Source of the DNA: Eledone cirrhosa
Taxonomy: Eukaryota
DNA length: 64,000 nucleotides
Assembly: GCA_964016885.1 (NCBI GenBank)
Contig: OZ024742.1
Span: forward strand, 173,166,001-173,230,000
Direction: 5' to 3'
This document shows positions 54,208 to 64,000 of this stretch, piece after piece. Position numbers and translations under genes: made by a program. Numbering within the stretch: position 1 is the first letter of the stretch; each line of letters opens with the position of its first letter. The notes under the pieces are model-generated. The model was not told the DNA's origin, did not search any database, and saw only the letters and a list, made by a program, of their open reading frames with translations.

Positions 54208-55605
54208 GTAAATAATGAAATCCTAACAACCATTGGTTTGCAACTGGTTTGCACTTGGAACGTTCCTCTGCAAGCGCAAACCTAGGCAATTCCATTTATT
54301 AGGCCACCAATATTGTCGAATTGGAAAGCTAAGATAGATCAACATGCCATTAATGACGTCGCAACATTTGTTTCAAGCTGAGTGAACTAGAAAAGCAATA
54401 TGAGAGTGCCGTGGATTTCGGCGATGAGCATTGCATTTGATTGATATAAGGAACAAGTTCCTTATTAAATTAATTTGTATGTTGCAAACGGATGCACTGA
54501 AACATGTACTTTAAACGTGTCTCTGGGAGATTCAGTGTCACACCGTGTACAATAATGTTGGTGCTTTTCATTACAGACATGGTCCATCCGATGTGATTCA
54601 AAAGAAATTCCATCTAAGAAATTCCACTTCTAACGCATGTGTCAATCTGAGGCTATGGTAACTTAATTAAGATACCACATGATGGTAAATTAATCAAGAT
54701 ACCTAATTACCGATCTGGAAATCGATGACGAGACTTTAAATGTGTGATATCAACCCCTTTACCACTAAGCCATGTGATTATATGTTAGAAAACATCGACA
54801 AATTATAACAATGCTTATTATTTCTAAAGTGTATCCACAACATTAGCCATTATTCTTGACAGATTTATTTCTTCAAAAAGTCGTTATATAATATACATAA
54901 AACGTATTACAAATTATTCAAATTCTTAACAAATATTCTAATATATCTTGAAAATGAAAATCTTTGGATTTACATATTAAAAAGAAACGTAATTGTAATA
55001 TGCTGAACATAAAGCAGCAAGGGTGAACATCTCTTAAAGAATAGATATTTCATGAATCAGCAACAATTTCTGTATGAAATCCCGTTAACTAACACTTCAT
55101 TGACCTCATAATGTAAAAGAGATATGAACTGATTCTATCTCTGTAAACGATGGTGAACGATCTGCCGGAAATACATGAATCTATAAATCTGTTGATGTTT
55201 TTGTAAAGAAAACCTGCTGTCCGGAAACAACGCACGAGGCTGATACGAGTTAAAAGAGATTGAAATTGAGATCATAATGAAGTTAGAGGATTTCCGCTCA
55301 GTGTAAATATAATATCCGGTAATATTTTGTACTTAACTTTCAATCCTTACGGCATCGATAACCTTTCACATGGCAATATATATAAACTAGTGAAATAATG
55401 CGTACTTTAAGCACATATGTTTACATGCATATATAATCACACATATACACATGCATAGATATATAATTTACATATTTAATACGCATACATACATTGAAAG
55501 ATGTACACATATATATATGTATGTAAATTTAATATATATCTCCCTCCCCCTCTCACTCCCTCGTTATTTATAGATGTGTGTGTGGGTGCGTGTTGTATAC
55601 ATACG

Positions 55606-55662
<57 letters not shown>

Positions 55663-55744
55663 ATAACAAAGAAAGTGTGGTAAGAAACCAGGTGGATCAT
55701 AACGCACCAGAGTAATCGATACTTAAGGTAGTAGAGTTAGTAAT

Positions 55745-55745
<1 letters not shown>
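55663..55745 (-). mobile_element. Diverged family B tail fragment
   Basis: GTGGTAAGAAACCAGGTGGATCATAACGCACC. Confidence 0.75.
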
Positions 55746-55806
<61 letters not shown>

Positions 55807-55823
55807 ATATATATATATGTATG

Positions 55824-55896
<73 letters not shown>

Positions 55897-55950
55897 ATAT
55901 ATATATATATATGTGTGTGTGTATATATATATATACAGTATGTGTGTGTG

Positions 55951-56020
<70 letters not shown>

Positions 56021-56021
56021 G

Positions 56022-57090
56022 TATTAAAAAAACGAAAAATCAGTGATGCATCTGGAATCAGTTTAATGCGTGTCACAATTGTTTCGCCGGCAGGTAGCTC
56101 GAGACATGATCACTGCATGGATCTGGCTGATTCTACGGCTGCAGGTTCCTTCGGACACGGGCAGTTCGTTTGGAGCAAATTTTCTCAGTGGGGTGTTATC
56201 GTCAAAAAACACCTTCAAAAAACATCTTCCACTCTTGTCAATTCCATTGGCTGTTGATATTCTATGTAATCTTAACTTCTGTTCACTATCTACTGATACA
56301 CGGGTCATCAGCCATTTTCCGTCCGACACACTTCAATGGAGTCATGCTGGGTTCGGTATCTCACACGTCTGTTCCCACTCCAGAGTATGAAGCCACACAT
56401 ACACAGACACACACATATATACACACACGGGCAGGCACAGACACATGCATGCATACACCTATGTATCCATACATGTGTAGACACACATACGCCCATGCAC
56501 ATTCACACACACACAACCTCTCCGTCTCTCCCACAAACCTAGGCACACCCACTTCTAGATACCGACCGCCACAAGCCTATTAGCGCCTGCCTAAACGGCG
56601 CCACACATCCGGTCCCACACGCACGCACACGCGCACACACGCGCAGACACACACGTCTGTATACACACAGGTTAATTTAGACCCGTATACAAACACATAC
56701 ACAAAACCTGTCATATGTGGGGGTACGTACGCCCCCCCCACCCCCCACCCCCACCGACAGATACTCACACCGTATATATATATATATTTATTTATTTATA
56801 TGTGTGTGTGCGTACATAGACACACACACATATACACACGCATGCAGACACACACGTATACACATATACTTATATTTATACGCACACATAGACATGTATA
56901 CACGCACATACACATAGATACTTATACGCACATATGTCCATATGTGTACACACACCCACGCAAACATACACATATACACACACATACGCGCGCACACGTA
57001 CCTATTTCTCGAGCTACCTGCCGGGAAAACAATTGCAACACACAATAAACTGAGTCCAGATGCATCATTGATTTTTCGTTTTTTTATACT
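56022..57090. mobile_element. Element with about 83 bp inverted ends and a degenerate HHR at 56069-56159 (minus)
   Basis: 56022-56104 is the approximate reverse complement of 57007-57090. CGTGT-CCGAAGG-...-GAA-ACAATTGT-G-ACACG. Confidence 0.65.
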
Positions 57091-57183
57091 ATCTCTTTTT
57101 ATACACACTCTGCTCCGTATGAATATTGGGTGGTAATTTTGGCATACCACCTATGGAAGCACCATAGCTACCATTATACACAA

Positions 57184-57261
<78 letters not shown>

Positions 57262-57630
57262 ATATATATATATTTATATATATATATATATATGTATGGG
57301 TGAGGGGGGGGGCGTATATTTATATATCAGCATGATTTCAGTTAGAAACTGGTTAGACGATTACTCATTACAGTACTAGTCCCATGGGGTAGTAGAGTAT
57401 GTTTGTGTTATGTATGTATGTATATATTTGAATGTATATATGGATATCGGTCTAGATTTATCGGAATGCTAAATTGAGGTACTTAAACAAATATTACTGT
57501 TTGTTAAGTGGTGTGCACGTAATCTGTTACACAAACTGGCACAAACACATACATACAGACAAGCACGTAAACACCTACAGATACACACTCACATAAAAAT
57601 GCACACATCTATCTCTCCCTCTATATATAA

Positions 57631-57682
<52 letters not shown>

Positions 57683-57717
57683 TGAGAGATACATATATAC
57701 TTACATACACGCACACA

Positions 57718-57860
<143 letters not shown>

Positions 57861-58473
57861 GTAATTTTACTCTGGTTTTGAAACTCTGTTCATTACAAAG
57901 CGGCTCCATTTGAATAACGCTACTGAAATATGCTATAATGACTATTGGGCATTAATGGCAGATTCTCAATTCAAATAACATGCACACTTGACAGGTGATC
58001 AATAGTGATCAATAGTCCTTGCATATCATGGTTTGTTAGTGTCATTCAGATGAGGCATGACATGATCATCCAAAAAAAAAAAGGAAAATACCGAAATTAC
58101 GTTATATATTATTTATAAACATATGTTGTTTTCTTTCATATAAGCCTCAATGATGAACCGCCCTATGGTGCTGCTAATCTCCTACAGGTGTTACATTTGC
58201 CAAATCTATATAACCAAGAGCTTATTATAATATCTGTATCAAGTAAATAAACATTACTGATGATGGATATCAATCATGAAATACGAGTTTCACGTGTTTA
58301 CACCTTTATAGACTTAGCTGTTAATTGAGCCATGTCTGAAAAACGCAAATTTAATCTTATGCATGTTTATTAAGAAAATTGTATATACTTTCATATATGC
58401 CTCTATCTCTGTAAGATATATTGTTATTTATATTCCATAAGAATTAACCTCTCAACCCAGTTATTAAAGAGGA

Positions 58474-58740
58474 GGCTCGTGGCTAAGTGGTAAGAGTGTT
58501 GGACTTATGATCTTGACGTCGTGGGTTCGATTCTTGGGTTGGTTGCGTGTTGTGTTCTTGAGCAACACACACCATTTCTCGTTGGTCCAGTAAACTCAGC
58601 TAAAAATGAATACCAGCAATAGCTGGAGGTTTAACCCTCAGATGTACTGGCCTCCTGTACAGGGAGAAGTCTTGTACTCTCAGTCACTTCATGAAACCGG
58701 GATAATCACCGGTTAACGAGTCTGCTTGCTTAAGACACTC
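58474..58740 (+). mobile_element. tRNA-derived SINE related to family 2
   Basis: A-box TGGCTAAGTGG, B-box GGTTCGATTCT, and GTGTTCTTGAGCAA. Confidence 0.75.
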
Positions 58741-59844
58741 TTTTTAGAACCCAGATATTATACGTGTTGCAATGTGTCTATTTTATTTTATAGTGTGTTC
58801 TTGATATGTATTTGTAGATATGCGATTGCGATGCTTTATCATAGGACCTTGCTAAGATTCTAGATTGATTGTAGGTTCATTTATTTTTGGTAATGTTTAG
58901 TTACAGCCACCAATACATTACGTTAAGTTTTATTTATGCAGGTAAACGGTGTATTTATTCCGAACATGATACATGCATTTTTCTTAATATCTATGAAAGA
59001 AATAAAGACTTGGTTGTTGAACACGTTTCTGAAGATTACAATGAATAACAAATATTATGAAAGCATCTCATATTAGATTACCTCTATTGTCAGTTTGGAA
59101 GATTCCCCAATAAACCATTGAAATTATTCCCTGATTCAACACAAGGGATATTCAATCCAAATCAACTGGAAACACTATGTTTGTGTGCTGTTTATTTAAC
59201 GCAATCTCATTTTTCCTTTCCTTTTTGAATCCCTATTGGTTGCTGCATAATCCAGATATCTCCTAATAAACAGAGAAATAACGTGGTGTTTGTATTAAGA
59301 GATCACAAGTAATTGGAATTTAAAATGACAAGACCTTAAAGAAAATAATGAAATCATCATTTTTCCTTTGTTTTGATTTTTTTTCTTCACATCTCAGAAA
59401 TGATGGATTGTCACAAATAGACTCTTTAGGCAGGTTAAGAAATCTTTCAATAATTTTGCCAATGAAAGAGATTCTTTAAGCATGACGTTTTCAGCAACAT
59501 GACAAAATCGATACTTTCAGCTTGCATTCTATCCCATAACAGATATTATTGTGTAACCCTTCATTACTATTTCACACGCACCAGTAACCTGATGAAGTTA
59601 ACTTCTCTACAAAGCAATTTCCTATACAAGATTTTTTGTCTAAGGAATGGAGATTTATTCTAGCAGAATAAAATTATTTGAATCATCTTCCAAGACGAAT
59701 GGATTTTTTTTCATATATCCTTGCTAATTGGATTAAAGGAGAAATTACAGTACATAGAATCGTGGCTACTTCGGCGTTGTCTGATAACAACTTTTACACA
59801 CCAGCACACGATTATGAATACACACGAGTAAACACATATCCATT

Positions 59845-60047
<203 letters not shown>

Positions 60048-60093
60048 GGGAGTTATGCGTGGGTGGGTGTGTGCGTTTGGGTGCATATGTGCG

Positions 60094-60192
<99 letters not shown>

Positions 60193-60535
60193 TTGTGTGC
60201 GTGTGTGTGAATGCATATCAATTTTCATCACAATAGTTGGCAATATTTATGTTTTCAATTAGATATTTGGGTTAGGCCAATATATTTGAGTTGATCCATG
60301 CATAAATATTGAATATGATGCCCAAATTGATTATAATTCTCGCTACTACATCATAACAGGAATTGGTGGGAGCAAACTATCTTTATCTAATATATTACAG
60401 CAGACATTAAACTATAGCTATATCGAAAGCAAAGTAATAGATGTGTAACTACATCCATCCATATATCTATGCACATATGTATTATATATATATATATATA
60501 TATATATATTAATTTATGTATATATATATATACAT

Positions 60536-61265
60536 TTTAGTACAGCATTAACGAAGCTTTAGTTCGCGGCCAAAATAACGAATGCAAATTCGGTATGCAG
60601 CTTTAGCACTCGGATGGGGAAAAAGTAGCCCAGAGTAATAACAATACCTTTAGACAGCTTAGCAAATAAAATGTAGTGATCGGCAGTCCAGCCGCCTCAC
60701 TAGTGCAACGAAAATACAGGACTCAGGAAAAGATTTTAGACTGACCTGGACAAAACGGTGAGACTGAATGCAAAATATATGATGCATATCATTTAGCACA
60801 CGATATACATCATATACAGCAATAAACATCAGCTTTAGGTTTCTGCAAATCCAAGATCGACAAATTCCGCTTCCAGGAGTCTGCACGTTAATGGTTTTTG
60901 GCGACAGAACAAAGGATTTGCTTCTTCAGCAAGTCTTGTGTCCTTTAGCCTCTGCAGGTATGCTCTAGCATTAACTTTCGCTATGGACACATGGTTTTCT
61001 CCAAGGCAGGTTACGCCCGCTTTGGCGGTGAATTCCAACTTGAGACAAAGGAATGGATTCCGTTTGAGAAAACGAATTAAGCCCTCAATTAGAAGTTATT
61101 AAACAAATATAAACGATTAATCAATCAATAGAATCGTCTAATTAAATTAATCAGTTAATCGTTATTTCTAGGTGTAAAATACAAATTTAGTACAGCATTA
61201 ACGAAGCTTTAGTTCGCCGCCAAGCTAACGAATGCAAATTCGGTCTGTAGCTTTAGCACTCGGAT
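60536..61265 (-). mobile_element. Partial-tandem element (period 650) between (TA)n tracts, with an HHR-like core
   Basis: 60536-60615 is repeated at 61186-61265. Minus strand CTGAAGA-AGCAAATCC...GGATTTGCA-GAAAC at 60838-60929. Confidence 0.7.
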
Positions 61266-61266
61266 A

Positions 61267-61364
<98 letters not shown>

Positions 61365-61484
61365 TATGTGTGTGTGTGTGTTTGTGTGTGTATGGTTTGT
61401 AATTTCTGAAAAGGTTGTAAGGACACCGTATTGACATACAGCGTTTCTTCGGCATTTAAGACTGTATGTCTTACGAGCTCGATA

Positions 61485-61757
61485 AAATAAAGCACGAGTC
61501 ACGGACTGGGGTCGATTTATTCGTCTCCCCCACGCCCTCCACTTAAAATTACTCACCTTGGGCCATACGTAGAAACTGGCACTATCGGTAGAGAGTCGGA
61601 TGCCATGCTTTCCAGCATAGTCACGTCTCTTTACGGTCTGACTTCAAATCCCGCCAAGGTTCACTTTGCCTTTCATCCTTACGGAGGTCGATAAAATAAT
61701 GTACCAGTAATGGACTGGTGAATTGCTGGCCTTGTGCCAAAATTAGAATCAATTATT
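61485..61757 (+). mobile_element. Family 1 SINE(s)
   Basis: A tail fragment followed by a nearly full copy. Confidence 0.82.
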
Positions 61758-62839
61758 ATAAACAACAATATATATTAAAATCAATATTTTAAGTTGAAAC
61801 AGTGCTCTAAAGTATAGTAAATAAAAACAAAACATGATGTTACATATATCATAATCTATAAAGCACAGTGTATGGACATGCTCCTTTGTTATAGAAATCT
61901 ACGACACAGAATTTTTTCAATTGAAATTTACAATTCAGTATTCGAAATAGCTTCGATTGCGTCTTGGCACATATAATGTTTTTCAATTTCACCCACAATT
62001 ACCCCCAAAATAGATAAAACTCAATATTTTACGATTTTTCTCTCTCATTTAAACTGCTAAATACTTTCCATTACCATTCAAAATCTATACAACTTCATTC
62101 TTTCTGCTACTTTCTCTTTCCAAGCTTGATGGTGATACTGTCCGTTTTACTCTCTCATATCATACCTCTATCTACAACCCACACGTTTTGCTACTTTCTC
62201 TTTTATACTTCAAACTTACTGATTTATTTCCTAAAGGCATACAAACACACACTTCAAATGATAAAAAAAACATTTAAAGCCATTAAACAACGTGCGTGAT
62301 TTATAACCACACTAACTTTTAGTTGCTTCAAACTTAATGATTTATTTACAAACACATACAAACACACACTCACATAAATTGATCAAACAAATTTAAAGCA
62401 ATTAAACAACGTGCGGGATTTATAACCACAAATACACGACTATTCATTAACAACATTTAAAGCAATTAAAAAACGTGCGTGATTTCCGAAGAGAGAGAGA
62501 GAGAAGAGAGTGAGAGGGAGAGAGAGACAGAACGTTTATTATTACATAAAGTACCAGTAATGTACTGGGTAATTTCTGGCCTTGTGCCAAAAAAGTAGAA
62601 ACAATTATTACATTTTATACGAAACGACAATTATTCAAAAGCAACAGATACATGTATTCAACAAAAAGCGATACATCTTTTTTAAAACCTCTCAACGAAC
62701 GTGGATTCTTACAGACATGAGTCGAATCGGTTTGAAATTGTGCAAATGTATAAACATGGAACATGTGCACACACACAACAACAACAACAATCTGCCTTTT
62801 ATAGATAATGATACACAATAATATCCTCTATGAGGATAT

Positions 62840-63275
62840 TATAGAAACAGCAGCTAACTCTCCCCCATACCACACCCATCCCTACTGTCTTAAATTTAGA
62901 AAACATATCTTCTATGAGGTCACTAAACCTGCTAGAAACAGCAGCTAACTCTCCCCCATATCACACAACTCCCTACTGTCTTAAATTTAGAAAACACATA
63001 TCATCTATGAAGTCACTAAACCTGCTAGAAACAACAGCTAACTCTCCCCCATATCACACCCCTCCCTACTGTCTTAAATTTAGAAAACATATCTTCTATG
63101 AGGTCACTAAACCTGCTAGATACAGCAGCTAATTCACCCCCATATCACACCACTGCCTACTGTCTTACATTTAGAAAACACCTATCCTCTATAAGGTCAC
63201 TTATCCTTCTAGACACAACAGCTAACACTCCCTCATATCACAACCCTCCCTACTGTCTTAAATGTATAAAACATA
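62840..63275. repeat. 90-bp minisatellite, about 5 units
   Basis: TAGAAACAGCAGCTAACTCTCCCCCATATCACAC...CTACTGTCTTAAATTTAGAAAACA repeats about every 90 bp. Confidence 0.93.
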
Positions 63276-64000
63276 CAGACAACCATGCAGAACAACTCCA
63301 TCGCAGCTCTGTTGTTCGGCTGGCATCGTCTACGCGCGTGTTGCGCAAGTACTGTGAAACAATAAGTTTCAACACTCTTTGGCACAGAGATAATATCCAT
63401 GGGCGAAACTACAATTGTCACTGCAGGCGCAGCGCCTGCTTCTAGGTCTGCAATTCATTCACCAAGTGCCTGGCAGACAAAAAAGTGGAGCAGAGAGAGA
63501 AAAAATAGCGTTCGTGAGTGCAGGATGAAATGAAGAGAAGTGGGAGAAAAACAGTGAGTGAGTGAAAGTGTGAGGAAGAGTTAACGGACAAGACAGAGGG
63601 GGAGAAACAGAGAGAATGGGGGAACAGTAAGAGAGAAAAAAACACAGAATCGCAGTGGTAAATATATGTATTAAAATATAGAGAAAAATACTGCAGGTCG
63701 CACATGGTAACATGTAATAAAATAAGTCCCTCATCAGTGATTTGCCGAAGATCATAGATATTTCATTGCATTAAAAATCATATATCTCACTTCGGTGCAA
63801 TAATAACCAAAATAAGTTATTAGGACAATTAAAACGCGTAAAGCGAGTGAGACAGGAGAACAACAGAAAATATAGCATACCTTAGGGGAGAGACAAGCTT
63901 CAAAAATTATTCGTTTAGCATAAGCTAGGTGAATATATGAGAGCTGATCAGAGCAAACATCATGGACGCTCTATCTCAAAATTATTTTTGAAAAGCATTA

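Noticed and set aside
58252-58298. CTGATGA..GAAA motif (similar cases at 6980, 39826, 42352, 63731)
   Set aside because: Stems are missing; compatible with chance in AT-rich DNA.
62840-63275. CRISPR-like array
   Set aside because: The whole unit repeats with no unique spacers, and the context is eukaryotic.

Overview
AT-rich, microsatellite-saturated eukaryotic DNA. The SINE families suggest a cephalopod (octopod-like) genome, which is an inference. Most ORFs in the track are (TA)n/(TACA)n/(CA)n artefacts. Recognisable content: a near-full-length decayed Tx1/L1-clade LINE inside (TATC)n; RTE and R4/Dong-type LINE fragments; about 15 tRNA-derived SINE copies; four Penelope-like element (PLE) RT/GIY-YIG remnants; and candidate exons of a minus-strand TRPM-like gene or pseudogene. 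The main signal is non-coding: about 20 hammerhead ribozyme (HHR) motifs from roughly 10 unrelated sequence families. Most are type I with a palindromic stem III, and many have an enlarged stem II. They lie in short ORF-less elements whose 3' ends abut (TA)n tracts, arranged as 483-650 bp tandem or partial-tandem units or as fold-back palindromes. This looks like a dense (TA)n-targeted PLE/retrozyme system. All RNA folds were read by eye and none has been tested.
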